DNA from: Candidatus Omnitrophota bacterium
Lineage (GTDB): Bacteria; Omnitrophota; Gorgyraeia; Duberdicusellales; 4484-171
Length of the DNA stretch: 64,000 nucleotides
Assembly (NCBI GenBank): GCA_037146775.1
Contig: JBAWWL010000006.1
Span: 15,120-79,119 of the forward strand
Direction: 5' to 3'
How positions within the stretch are numbered: position 1 is the stretch's first letter; each line of letters opens with the position of its first letter. Under the pieces are notes generated by a model, which saw only the letters and a list, made by a program, of their open reading frames with translations, did no database searches and was not told the DNA's origin. Below, one piece after another: positions 49,122 through 58,921 of this stretch. A program made the position numbers and the translations under genes.

Positions 49122-50236
49122 TATAACGCCAATCTGATGATAAGTTCAGCTATACGTAACGAAGAATTCGCAAGCGATATTCTTTTTGCCCGCTCTTTTA
49201 GGCCGAACATATTCTGCGCATCCTCCAAAAGCTTTTTCGCTTCTTCCCCCACTAAAGCGGGCTCGTCCGCTCTGATCACCGCCTGCTTGCTTAAAAGATA
49301 GTTTACATTCCTTTCCTCTTGGCCGGGTATAGGCTTGGTAATAATAATCGCTAGGCCCTTGGCAAGTGCTTCCGAAATAGTAATACCACCGCTTTTAGTG
49401 ACAATAACGTCGGCGACATCCATCAAACGATGTATAAAGTCAACATATTCGAAACAAAATATGGGTTTTTTGAAACGAGATTTATTATCAATGAACCATT
49501 CATATAACTTTTTGTTCTTGCCGCATACCACAATAGTTTGAAAATCACAACTTGAGTCGTCAAGAGTTTGCGCTATCTTCGCTATCGGGCCTATCCCCAA
49601 CCCTCCGCCCATGATCAGAACCGTACGCAATTGTTCGTTGAATCCGAATTCCCTGACTACCTGTTCTCTCGGTTGAGAGGTAAGAAACTTCACAGAAATA
49701 GGAATACCCAATATTTCTATTTTGTCTTCGTTCACCCCTTCACGTATTAATGCCTCTTTCGCCTCGCTACACGCAACAACGTATTTATCAACGGCAGGAT
49801 GCAACCAGAATCCGTGCGGATGGTAATCGGTAACTACGGCAACCAGCGGTATTTTGATACCAAAATGCTTTTTAAAATCAGCGACTAAGCCGCAGGGAAA
49901 TGCCTGAGTAGCCACAAAACAATCAGCGGGAAATTCTTGCAGTAAACGGGACAATGGTTCAAAAGTGCGTTCGTTAACAAACTTACGTAAGGGGTTCAAA
50001 TTTTTTATGATTGGTTTTCGATCATATATACTACCCCACAAATACGGTACATGTTTTATAACGGCGGTATACATGCCGTCCACGAACTTTTCGGTCCGTG
50101 GATAAAAATATCCAAACCCGTTTACGTTACGCAGCAAGAGGCTGGGATCACGCTCCAGGAGCGCTTCTTTGATATTACTCGCTGCCTTGCTGTGGCCGCC
50201 AAATTCAGAAATATAAAACAGTATAATCCTTTTCAC
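49121..50236 (-). CDS. MGDG-synthase/UgtP-like diacylglycerol glycosyltransferase (GT28)
   Basis: The N-terminal MGDG_synth-type domain reads ISEFGGHSKAAS; the C-terminus has a GT-B fold. Confidence 0.7.
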   Translation of the reverse strand: MKRIILFYISEFGGHSKAASNIKEALLERDPSLLLRNVNGFGYFYPRTEKFVDGMYTAVIKHVPYLWGSIYDRKPIIKNLNPLRKFVNERTFEPLSRLLQEFPADCFVATQAFPCGLVADFKKHFGIKIPLVAVVTDYHPHGFWLHPAVDKYVVACSEAKEALIREGVNEDKIEILGIPISVKFLTSQPREQVVREFGFNEQLRTVLIMGGGLGIGPIAKIAQTLDDSSCDFQTIVVCGKNKKLYEWFIDNKSRFKKPIFCFEYVDFIHRLMDVADVIVTKSGGITISEALAKGLAIIITKPIPGQEERNVNYLLSKQAVIRADEPALVGEEAKKLLEDAQNMFGLKERAKRISLANSSLRIAELIIRLAL

Positions 50237-50286
50237 GTGTGTGTATACCTCTGGCGCAATATGTTTTTCATTTTATAGTGTGATAC

Positions 50287-51450
50287 TTACGTGCGAAACG
50301 GATAGGCTTTCAGAAATGCATCAACAGCGCAGGGCGCAAACTGCTTTCCTCTATTACGCACTATCTCGGCACGAGCTTGCTCTCGAGAAATACCCTTATG
50401 ATACGGCCTGTCGGTCACCATCGCGTCAAACGTATCGGCAAGGGCAATGATCGAAGCTATCAAGGGAATTTGACGCCCCTTAAGACGGAACGGATAGCCA
50501 TTACCATCATATTTTTCGTGATGATACTTGACCCCCAGTAATACCTCCTGAAACGCCTCGATATGCTCTAAAATAGCCGCACCCACAAGAGGGTGAGTTT
50601 TAACCAATTTCTTTTCTTTTTTGTTTAGCCGCACGTTTTTATGAAGAATGTGTTCCGGAATCCCGATCTTTCCTATATCATGCAAAAGCGCGGCTATGTT
50701 AAGATTCTCCACAAAACGTTCCCAGTTTTTGATAGGTTTGCTCTTGCGCAAAACATGCGCAATATGAAGCGCATATTTTGCCACTCGCTCGGTATGGCCA
50801 ATTGTATATTTATCTTTTGCCTCAATGCTTGAGGCAAGTGACGCGATCGTCTGCAGCAGAAGCCGTTTATTGGCGTCAATTTGGCGGTTAAGATCTTCAA
50901 TGAGCCAGGCATTTTTGAGCGCCATAACTATATCCGAAGCGAGCGTTGAAAGAAAGCTCAGCTCGGCGTCGTGAAATTTTTTTTTATTTGCCTTCTCTCC
51001 CAAAAACAAAACCCCAACCAAGTCATTGCGGAAAAAACCGGGAATACACGCGTGAGCCTGATACGAAAAAAGTGCGTCTTTGACTTCCTCTAAAAATTTC
51101 TTCATTGGGGCATTTTCCCCGATCCCAAAAGACTCACATGCGCCGCTGACCCCATCGGCAGTAATTATTTCTCCGGGGAAATAAATACTTTTATCGGTAA
51201 AACACCTGATAAGAGGATTGTCTTTTCGTATTTTCGCAAAACCAGCCGGTATTTTAAACCCTCGGCTGCCGCGGGAAACCTGCAGCACATATTCATCCCT
51301 TTTTTTATCATAAATAAACATGCCTGCATGGCTCAATCCGACAGCACGGACAATCGTGCGTAAAATCATTTTTATCAACGTATTCGCCCGATGAATCATA
51401 ATAGTCTGACGGGCAGCTTTTTCCAATGCTTTACGATAATCGAGCTTCAT
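50287..51450 (-). CDS. GAF-HD-GYP c-di-GMP phosphodiesterase
   Basis: N-terminal GAF domain; HDIGKIGIPEHILHK and HHEKYDGNGYP motifs. Confidence 0.8.
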   Translation of the reverse strand: MKLDYRKALEKAARQTIMIHRANTLIKMILRTIVRAVGLSHAGMFIYDKKRDEYVLQVSRGSRGFKIPAGFAKIRKDNPLIRCFTDKSIYFPGEIITADGVSGACESFGIGENAPMKKFLEEVKDALFSYQAHACIPGFFRNDLVGVLFLGEKANKKKFHDAELSFLSTLASDIVMALKNAWLIEDLNRQIDANKRLLLQTIASLASSIEAKDKYTIGHTERVAKYALHIAHVLRKSKPIKNWERFVENLNIAALLHDIGKIGIPEHILHKNVRLNKKEKKLVKTHPLVGAAILEHIEAFQEVLLGVKYHHEKYDGNGYPFRLKGRQIPLIASIIALADTFDAMVTDRPYHKGISREQARAEIVRNRGKQFAPCAVDAFLKAYPFRT

Positions 51451-51495
51451 AGTATGTTCTTACGGGTATGTTCTATACATGAAAACTGGCAGGAG

Positions 51496-51870
51496 TTAAG
51501 GGTTACCGATATACATTTCAACCTTCTGTCGTAGTTCATGCAAATCTAACGGTTTTGTAATATAATCCAACGCGCCGCATTTCTTCGCTTTCTGTTGACA
51601 TTTCTTGTCATCTTTACCGGTAATCATGATGACCTTCAGGGAGGCGTCTGCCGCCCTAAGTTCTTCAAGCACGGCAATACCATCTTTGTCGGGCATTTGG
51701 ATATCCAAAAAAACATAATCCGGTTTATGCTCGCGATATGCAGCAAGAGCCTCTTGGCCTTTATTTATCTTAATGACGTCGAAATTAAAACGCCTTAAGA
51801 AATGTTCTAAGAAATCAACAATTTCCTGTTCGTCGTCTACCACTAATGCTTTTTTTCTGGCATCATTCAT
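51496..51870 (-). CDS. Stand-alone response-regulator receiver (CheY-like)
   Basis: DD...D acidic pocket (VVDDEQE, FLDIQMPDKDG), T (MITGK) and K (ITKPLD). Confidence 0.8.
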   Translation of the reverse strand: MNDARKKALVVDDEQEIVDFLEHFLRRFNFDVIKINKGQEALAAYREHKPDYVFLDIQMPDKDGIAVLEELRAADASLKVIMITGKDDKKCQQKAKKCGALDYITKPLDLHELRQKVEMYIGNP

Positions 51871-51983
51871 TTTTTAATACCATAGAAACTATTTTCATCA
51901 ATACTATCATATTTATTGCGCAGGGTAAATATCTTTTTGGTAGGAAAAAACAGACCATTATCGCAAAACAGTTGCCAAGGAAG

Positions 51984-53321
51984 CTAAATTAAAGAAAGAT
52001 ATTCCTTCCCTTCCAGGAAAGGGTTTAAGGAGCGCTCGATTTTATAGCCGGGCTTTTTCTCGCTTAAATTAAGTATTCCTTTTTTCTCTGAAGGGACTAG
52101 CACTTCTACGGTAGGAAAAAATATATCTTCCGCATTCTCTTCTCTGACTACGGCAATATAACCGTCCTCAAGAACCACGATAGTACCTCTCGGCCACACC
52201 CCCATTATCTTGAAAAATTTTTCCAAAAGAAAAGGATCAAACGCCCCGGCACTTTCCCGCATCATTAAATCATAAATCATCCGTGGCGGATAATCTCTCT
52301 TGTACGTTCTACGTTGCATCAGCGCATCATACACGTCACAGATCGAAACCAGCAAAGAAATAATATGAGGCTTTTGCTTAAAAGAAAGCTTCGGATACCC
52401 TTTCATATCGTAGCGTAAGTGATGTTCAAACGCCACGACCGCCGGCAACATTCCCAGCGTATCCACATATTGCAAGAGCATCTCGGCCCCCTGGATCGTG
52501 TGACTTTGTATAGTCAAAAATTCTTCGCTCGACAGTTTATCCGGCTTGGTAATAATACGCTTCGATATGTAAATCTTACCGATATCGTGGAATAATGCGG
52601 CAATGCCGACATCCAACATATCATCCTTTGAAAGCCCAAGCATCGCAGCAAAATTCATAGACAGAATCGAAACATTTAAAAGATGCGTAAACGTCGAAAC
52701 ATCATATTTTTTAATCCCTGCAAGTTTAGCAAACTCTTCATAATTACCCACGAGATTATCTACCACCATCATCATGGTAAACTTAAGCCCTACTCCATCC
52801 ACCTCTTTGTTGTCAAGCAGCACATCGACAAACTGAGAAGTCCGCTCTAACGAATTATCATAATAGTCTTGATAACCCGTCGGCTGCACCGCAACGGCTT
52901 CGGACGAAGAAAGCCCGAGTTTACTCACCAGAACATTTCGAATGCCCTGCACAGAAAAATATTCCTGCACATCTTTAGGAGCTTTATCGCGGGTTAACGC
53001 AAGATATTCCACAAATTTTGCTAATTCATCTCTGGACAGGCCACGGTGAAAAATAATTTTTTCTATTCCCCGCTCTTTGAATAAAGAAATAATTAATTTT
53101 GCTTTTTTGCTCAACTCAAAGAAAATTTCTTTTTCAAAAATAAGCTCATCCCCGACCACCCCTATCACCAGTTCTTCTTTTTCGTCTAAGAGTGCGACAA
53201 GACTGGCGTAATTTTTATCAAGAAATTCCATGAATTTAGGATGCGCGGTAGTATAAATCTTAGCTATCTGGAACAAAGACAACAAATCCTTTAAAAAACA
53301 CTCAATCCTTTCGCGCATCAA
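51984..53321 (-). CDS. HD-GYP phosphodiesterase with an N-terminal DUF3391-like domain
   Basis: HDIGKIYISKRIIT and HHLRYDMKGYP motifs; the N-terminal ~120 aa are paralogous to the N-terminus of the upstream 643-aa protein. Confidence 0.75.
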   Translation of the reverse strand: MMRERIECFLKDLLSLFQIAKIYTTAHPKFMEFLDKNYASLVALLDEKEELVIGVVGDELIFEKEIFFELSKKAKLIISLFKERGIEKIIFHRGLSRDELAKFVEYLALTRDKAPKDVQEYFSVQGIRNVLVSKLGLSSSEAVAVQPTGYQDYYDNSLERTSQFVDVLLDNKEVDGVGLKFTMMMVVDNLVGNYEEFAKLAGIKKYDVSTFTHLLNVSILSMNFAAMLGLSKDDMLDVGIAALFHDIGKIYISKRIITKPDKLSSEEFLTIQSHTIQGAEMLLQYVDTLGMLPAVVAFEHHLRYDMKGYPKLSFKQKPHIISLLVSICDVYDALMQRRTYKRDYPPRMIYDLMMRESAGAFDPFLLEKFFKIMGVWPRGTIVVLEDGYIAVVREENAEDIFFPTVEVLVPSEKKGILNLSEKKPGYKIERSLNPFLEGKEYLSLI

Positions 53322-55233
53322 GCTCCTCTATTGTCCGCTTAGCCAAAAAACGTAAGCGACGATTCCAAAAGAATCTTCGCTGAGCCAAACGTCTTAAGTA
53401 CTCCTTCGCCTCTCTTAACCCAACATCGCGGACAATCTTAACATTTTCCTCCAAAAACTTATTCCTAAACCACAACTGATCCGAAAAACTAAGCAGCAAC
53501 TCCGCCGCCTTTTGGCGTTGTCCCTGGTCTTTCATAAGAGCAATCACAGCCTGCTTTTTAATTATTACACCGGACTCCTCCAAAAGCGCATATAAGAAAT
53601 CTGCCTCCAGATAAGAAGCCTGCTCGAGTGCCCGTAATATTTCTAACTTCAGAAAACTGTCACACACATAAAAAATATCCTTTAAAAACTTAAAAGAATA
53701 TATATTATCCACTTTGCATACACTCTCGATAAGCTTTTTCATAAAAGCTATATCATCGACTTTTCTTTTGATACGCTGAAAAAGGGCATCAATTTCGTCA
53801 GGAAAAAATTTTAAAAATAACTCGATAATATAAGAGGTATGGGCACTGCCGCTAAATATCTTATCAATATACGTATCGACGCCAATAGTGCTTTTTTGCA
53901 TATAGCCGACAAAAAAGCCGGGATCAAAACCGATATCATCGCTCAACATCGTCTCTTCCGCAAAAGCGCTAATACGTGTTCCTAATTCCTCAAACCCCTG
54001 GAATTGGGCAACATTTTTCTTTTTTATGTCCTCTAAGGCCGTAGCCAATGTGGTAAGATAAGCAAAATCCTTGTCTTTAACGATAGCATCAAACTCTTTT
54101 ATAATACTATTCGCAACGCGCTGCAGTTGCTCTCCTCTTTTTTCTTGTGTAAGTACATTCAACTGCAGAAGCCGGTAATTTTTCGTAACCAGTTGGCGGT
54201 TGAATGAAATGGCGCCATCCTTAAATGACTCTTCCATAAGAGTGGAGAGGTAACGATGGTATAGCTCGGAAAAAAATGGATCGTCCACCTGAGAGAATAC
54301 TTCGACGACCCTTTTGATCATTGCCGGATTAGCGCGTAACTCGGCTTTTACCTTGTCGGTAAACGCAACAGTAAACGCTTGCCGATATTTCTGACCTAAC
54401 AATTTCGAAAAAAGCACTAAGTTAAGAGGGTCGAATCGTTCATTCGCTGCCATCTCACCCCACAATGTGTCAACAAATTCTTTTTCGGTGGCATATTGCA
54501 AAAATGATTTCAATTGCTCAGTCTTACCTGCATCGAGAGATGCGCGGTCTTGCAACACCGTTCGCAGTAACTTTTTGGTACACCGGTACAACCGCTCCCG
54601 ATCGTTTTCCTTAAGATAAGCAAATAGCTGCTCAACATTTTCTCGAACAGTAGCATCGTCAAAAATCTTTGTGCCAGAAGTGGTTATAAACTTCTCAAAA
54701 TGATCGGCGATATCGGTTATCGCGGGTGCGTTTTTCTTTCCAAGCGCTTCCCTCAAGAGATACCCCCACACATCTGTGCATTCCTCGATTCCTCCGGCCT
54801 GCAGCAACTCTGAATAATCGAGCTCCGTCAATCGGATATGCGTAATATTTTCTTTTCCCAGAATAAAAGACAGTCCTCCCCGTTTAAGAATTTCACTCGG
54901 CATAAGAGCAATACTATTTAAAAAAACTATCAGCTCCTCGACGGTAATGCCCTGGCGTATTTCGATAGTCTTTATTTTTCGGCGATGGAACGCATGTGCG
55001 AGATCTTTATAAAGCTGCTCTCCTTCCCAATATTTTTCAGCACAAAAAAGCGAAACGGGGGTGACGCCGACAGTTAAAGGGTCCGATATAGCCAGAAGAA
55101 CGTATATGCTCTCTTCCAGGCTTTCGACAGATTTGATAAAAGCGGGGTGCTCCTTAAAATAAATAGAAGTAGTATTGAAGGCTACGCGTAGCTTTTTGAA
55201 AAAATCTTCGTATAACGTTTCTCTTTCCATCAA
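53302..55233 (-). CDS. Large alpha-helical hypothetical protein occupying the ftsZ position of the dcw cluster
   Basis: 643 aa with no tubulin GGGTGSG signature. Its N-terminus is homologous to the HD-GYP N-domain. The start overlaps the ftsA stop (ATGA) and the end overlaps the HD-GYP gene. Confidence 0.5.
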   Translation of the reverse strand: MMERETLYEDFFKKLRVAFNTTSIYFKEHPAFIKSVESLEESIYVLLAISDPLTVGVTPVSLFCAEKYWEGEQLYKDLAHAFHRRKIKTIEIRQGITVEELIVFLNSIALMPSEILKRGGLSFILGKENITHIRLTELDYSELLQAGGIEECTDVWGYLLREALGKKNAPAITDIADHFEKFITTSGTKIFDDATVRENVEQLFAYLKENDRERLYRCTKKLLRTVLQDRASLDAGKTEQLKSFLQYATEKEFVDTLWGEMAANERFDPLNLVLFSKLLGQKYRQAFTVAFTDKVKAELRANPAMIKRVVEVFSQVDDPFFSELYHRYLSTLMEESFKDGAISFNRQLVTKNYRLLQLNVLTQEKRGEQLQRVANSIIKEFDAIVKDKDFAYLTTLATALEDIKKKNVAQFQGFEELGTRISAFAEETMLSDDIGFDPGFFVGYMQKSTIGVDTYIDKIFSGSAHTSYIIELFLKFFPDEIDALFQRIKRKVDDIAFMKKLIESVCKVDNIYSFKFLKDIFYVCDSFLKLEILRALEQASYLEADFLYALLEESGVIIKKQAVIALMKDQGQRQKAAELLLSFSDQLWFRNKFLEENVKIVRDVGLREAKEYLRRLAQRRFFWNRRLRFLAKRTIEELDARKD

Positions 55234-56378
55234 AAATATTCTTTATATATCCTGAGAAAACGATGGAAAAACGAATCTTGGCCGCCACGGATTCGCTCAA
55301 GATACCGGCATGCCGCGTAACAGGCGCAACCGTACGACAAAGACTCCCCCACGCCAGCGGCAGCAACAACTACGGATTGCGGTATAAAACTTTTCAAGAA
55401 ATCAGCAAAACCATCCTTTGCATTTAAACGCCCCGTAACAGTGAGGTTAAACTCCTGAGGTACATCTTTACGGATAGCTTCTATGATAACGTTTATTTCA
55501 TTCTTTATGTATTCCTTAACAAATGAATTGACGGTATTCGTACTCACGTTAAGATACGTATCTGCGTTTTTGATACTTACCTCTTTAAAATACGGCAACT
55601 CCCGGAATGATATATAGCGATCAAATACCTCTTGGGATAAAGACACAGGAATGAAATGTTTCTTTGCCAGCTCCTGCAAGATACTTTTTAAACCGAAAGC
55701 AAATTCCTGCACGCACAAAAGATTTCCTTCTACAAATATCGCGACATTACTTTTTTCGTAACCAATGTCAATAATACCGGCGGCGTTTGCCGAAATCAAT
55801 TGTGTGCCGTTTGCGGAAACCGAACTTGCGGCTGCAAAAATCATACCACCCAGCTTTTTCTCTAGATGCGAGAATACCCCCTCTATATCCTTACGAAATG
55901 CATCTTTTACCCACACAAGAAGCGATTTCAACTTTATTTTTTTCGCAACCACGCCCACAGGCGGCCGCACATAGCTTTTCCCTTCAACTTCATAACGCAG
56001 CACAAAATGATGCATACAAAAATCATCCCAGTCTAGATACGCGTCTTCGACATATTTTTTCGTAAATAAAATATCGCCGGAGGTGATTTTTTTACGTTTC
56101 CCTAAAGGAACTATGGATTCAACCACGCGCCGCTGTTCCAGCCCCCATGGGACATTGAGATACACCGTATCGACAGAAATAGAGAGCGCTCGAGCCTCTT
56201 CCTCTATAGCCTTGACAATAGCCGCCGCGTTCGCTTGCAGAAAATGAGAAAAGTTGTTACCATCAAAAGGTATAGCCAATTGCGTTTCGCGCAGACAATA
56301 CGCTTCGGACTTCGCCAGCCTCACCAGCGAAAAAAAAGTTTTATCCGGCCTGACATCTATGCCGCAAACCATTTTCAT
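55230..56378 (-). CDS. ftsA: FtsA-like actin-fold cell-division ATPase
   Basis: Actin/Hsp70-fold motifs (VCGIDV..., GIIDIGYEKSNVAIF, NLTVTGRLNA). The C-terminal amphipathic segment reads FFHRFLRIYKEYF. Overlaps ftsQ by 4 nt. Confidence 0.6.
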   Translation of the reverse strand: MKMVCGIDVRPDKTFFSLVRLAKSEAYCLRETQLAIPFDGNNFSHFLQANAAAIVKAIEEEARALSISVDTVYLNVPWGLEQRRVVESIVPLGKRKKITSGDILFTKKYVEDAYLDWDDFCMHHFVLRYEVEGKSYVRPPVGVVAKKIKLKSLLVWVKDAFRKDIEGVFSHLEKKLGGMIFAAASSVSANGTQLISANAAGIIDIGYEKSNVAIFVEGNLLCVQEFAFGLKSILQELAKKHFIPVSLSQEVFDRYISFRELPYFKEVSIKNADTYLNVSTNTVNSFVKEYIKNEINVIIEAIRKDVPQEFNLTVTGRLNAKDGFADFLKSFIPQSVVVAAAGVGESLSYGCACYAACRYLERIRGGQDSFFHRFLRIYKEYF

Positions 56379-57127
56379 CGTCTGTATCCCACGTATGCTT
56401 TCCTATAACGCAAATCAATATACTCAACCAAAGAAAGATCGCCCCTAAGCTGCTCTTTCAAAAGGTTTTCCAGAATGTAGAGTTTACGGGAAAATTCCTC
56501 TTTGCCAATAATCACTTTTGTATCTCCCATCATAAAATAAAAACTCTGCGGCTGCGTCGTATTAATCGCCGTAACAGGAAACTTTCTAAACACTTTATGC
56601 TTATTCAATTCGTCACTTAAGATAACCGCCGCAGTTAACCGTGGGTCTTTGAGACGCATTCCTCTGCGCAGACGAAAATGATAATCAGCCACCTCCAAGA
56701 GAATGATATTTTGAAATGCGCGAGAAGAAGGATCGCTCGTGATCACCCCTTCTCTGTCAATCAAACAAAAACCTTGGCTGGTGAGCTGTGCAAACGGCTT
56801 TCTTGTTTTAATATCTATGCGCACCGCCGAAGGAAATTCCTTGGTAATATGTATTTCTTTATATTCGGGATGAATAGTACGTATATATGTATAAATGTTT
56901 TTCGCAGGTAAATGGAAAAGGGATACGCCTAATAACCGCGTCTTAATGCTTTCCTCTATCGTAATATTCGCGCGCACCTGCCGTACGATAAAGAAGTTGC
57001 TCGCAAGAATTCGTATCGCACAAAACAACGCCAGCACGATAAGAACCAGCGACGCCCCTATCCACGCAAAAAAAGGGTTAAACTGAGAACTAACTTTTCC
57101 TGACTTCTTGAAATTGTTTTTTTTCAT
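56375..57127 (-). CDS. ftsQ: Cell-division protein FtsQ/DivIB
   Basis: N-terminal TM anchor; POTRA-like region; located between ddl and ftsA. Confidence 0.65.
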   Translation of the reverse strand: MKKNNFKKSGKVSSQFNPFFAWIGASLVLIVLALFCAIRILASNFFIVRQVRANITIEESIKTRLLGVSLFHLPAKNIYTYIRTIHPEYKEIHITKEFPSAVRIDIKTRKPFAQLTSQGFCLIDREGVITSDPSSRAFQNIILLEVADYHFRLRRGMRLKDPRLTAAVILSDELNKHKVFRKFPVTAINTTQPQSFYFMMGDTKVIIGKEEFSRKLYILENLLKEQLRGDLSLVEYIDLRYRKAYVGYRR

Positions 57128-58043
57128 TGAGGGCTAACCAAACCATTCTTGCGACAAGTTCATCAAAGCTAATCCCACAGCACCGAGCCGAAAGCGGCAG
57201 GAGACTGTGAGTGGTCAACCCGGGTATAGAATTTACCTCTAAAACATATACGGCGTTGTCGGTCCGCAGACGTATATCCACCCGAGAAAAATGTTTACAC
57301 CCTAAAGCCTGATGTGCGCGTAAAGCTTCTTCCTGTATGCATTGATAAAGTACGTCGTCTAATTGTGCAGGGACAACAAATTCGGCTAAACCATCACTAT
57401 ATTTCGTTGTAAAATCAAAATATCCTTTTTTTGGAATAATTTCAACAACCGCCAAGGGTTTTTCTTCTAAAATACCGACCGTAAATTCCCGGCCTTCAAT
57501 ATATTCTTCTATGACTACCTTGTTTTGAAACGCACAGGCTTTGCCCAGGGCTGCAGGAAGAGATCCCGCGTCGGTTACAACGGAAACACCCAGGCTGGAG
57601 CCGGCAAAATACGGTTTCACCACCACCGGATAGGTGATACCATACGGTATACCCTTCCCTTCCTCGTAAACTAAAAAGCCGGGGGTGGGTACTTTGCATT
57701 TTATAAACATCTTTTTTGAAAATATTTTATTCATAGCCAAATAGCTCGCTGCCTGCCCCGAACCGGTGTAAGTAATCGAAACCTCGTCAAGAATTTTCTG
57801 AATGCGACCATCTTCCCCAAACTCACCATGAAGAGCGATAAAAGCTACGTCGATATTGCTTGCAGATAAAAGCTCTTTCACTTTTTCCGGTTCGCAGGTT
57901 ACGATATCGATAAAGACAGAGCGAACATTGTTTCTTCGTAACGCGTTATAAGCTTCCTGACCTGAAATAAGAGATATTTCTCGCTCTCCCGACACCCCTC
58001 CGGCTAAAACACCCACCGTAAGACTATCTGGAATTAATCCCAT
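57090..58043 (-). CDS. ddl: D-alanine--D-alanine ligase
   Basis: 317 aa with ATP-grasp architecture; VGVLAGGVSGEREISLISG N-terminus. Confidence 0.85.
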   Translation of the reverse strand: MGLIPDSLTVGVLAGGVSGEREISLISGQEAYNALRRNNVRSVFIDIVTCEPEKVKELLSASNIDVAFIALHGEFGEDGRIQKILDEVSITYTGSGQAASYLAMNKIFSKKMFIKCKVPTPGFLVYEEGKGIPYGITYPVVVKPYFAGSSLGVSVVTDAGSLPAALGKACAFQNKVVIEEYIEGREFTVGILEEKPLAVVEIIPKKGYFDFTTKYSDGLAEFVVPAQLDDVLYQCIQEEALRAHQALGCKHFSRVDIRLRTDNAVYVLEVNSIPGLTTHSLLPLSARCCGISFDELVARMVWLALNEKKQFQEVRKS

Positions 58044-58921
58044 CGTTGAATTTCCTCCTCTAACATAACGCCAAATTTATGATATACCGCATCCTTGATA
58101 TGGCCTATAAGATAATTTACATCGTCGCATGAAGCATTTTTAAGATTGATAATAAAATTTGCATGCCTCATCGAAATCTGAGCGTCGTTTTTCTTCAAAC
58201 CCTTCAAGCCGCAGGCATCAATAAGAAAACCGGCTGCCGCGCTGGCTGTGTTTTTAAAAATACAGCCACAACTAGGATATTGATAATCCTGAGTCTTCAT
58301 GCGCTCTCTAATGTAATACCCCACAGACGCTTTTATATTTGCGGTACGCGGTAAAACAAACCATGCGCGTAATACTATTGATTCTTGCAACGAAGACTGC
58401 CGATACCCAAGTGTGATTTCTTCTTTTGGTATTTTTTTCACTGTACCATTTACATCCATAACCTCAATTTCTTTTAAGAAATGTGTTACGCCTCTGCCGA
58501 AAGCCGACGCATTCATCGCGATGAGGCCACCGACAGTCGCCGGGATAGCCGCCAAGTTATCAAAACCGGCAAGTTTATGTTGTATCGTATAGCGTATAAC
58601 TTTTGAAAGCATAGTACATGCGCCAACTTCCAAGGTAGTATCAACGGAAGTTATATAGTCGAAGCCTCCGCCCAGCTTTATCACTGCTTTCTTAATCGGC
58701 CCATCGCTGGCCAAAAGGTTTGAACCACCGCCCAATAAATAATACGCGCCTTGCAGCCGCTTAACTACTTTTTGTAACCCTTCCATATTATGCGCGATAA
58801 AGAAAAAAGGCACCTGACCGCCTATTTTTATGGTGGTAAGATGTTTTAAAACGCAATTATGCCTTAACTCTAGAGCGCTCGAACTCATTAACAATACCAT
58901 CCATAATAGTGTTGATATCAC
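58034..58921 (-). CDS. murB: UDP-N-acetylenolpyruvoylglucosamine reductase
   Basis: FAD-binding motifs (TIKIGG, LLGGGSNLL); start may be at 58888. Confidence 0.85.
   Translation of the reverse strand: MISTLLWMVLLMSSSALELRHNCVLKHLTTIKIGGQVPFFFIAHNMEGLQKVVKRLQGAYYLLGGGSNLLASDGPIKKAVIKLGGGFDYITSVDTTLEVGACTMLSKVIRYTIQHKLAGFDNLAAIPATVGGLIAMNASAFGRGVTHFLKEIEVMDVNGTVKKIPKEEITLGYRQSSLQESIVLRAWFVLPRTANIKASVGYYIRERMKTQDYQYPSCGCIFKNTASAAAGFLIDACGLKGLKKNDAQISMRHANFIINLKNASCDDVNYLIGHIKDAVYHKFGVMLEEEIQRWD

Noticed and set aside
53302-55233. The 643-aa protein as a highly divergent FtsZ
   Set aside because: There is no GGGTG[ST]G tubulin signature or GTPase motifs. The predicted architecture is all-alpha and HEAT-like rather than a Rossmann-like tubulin fold.
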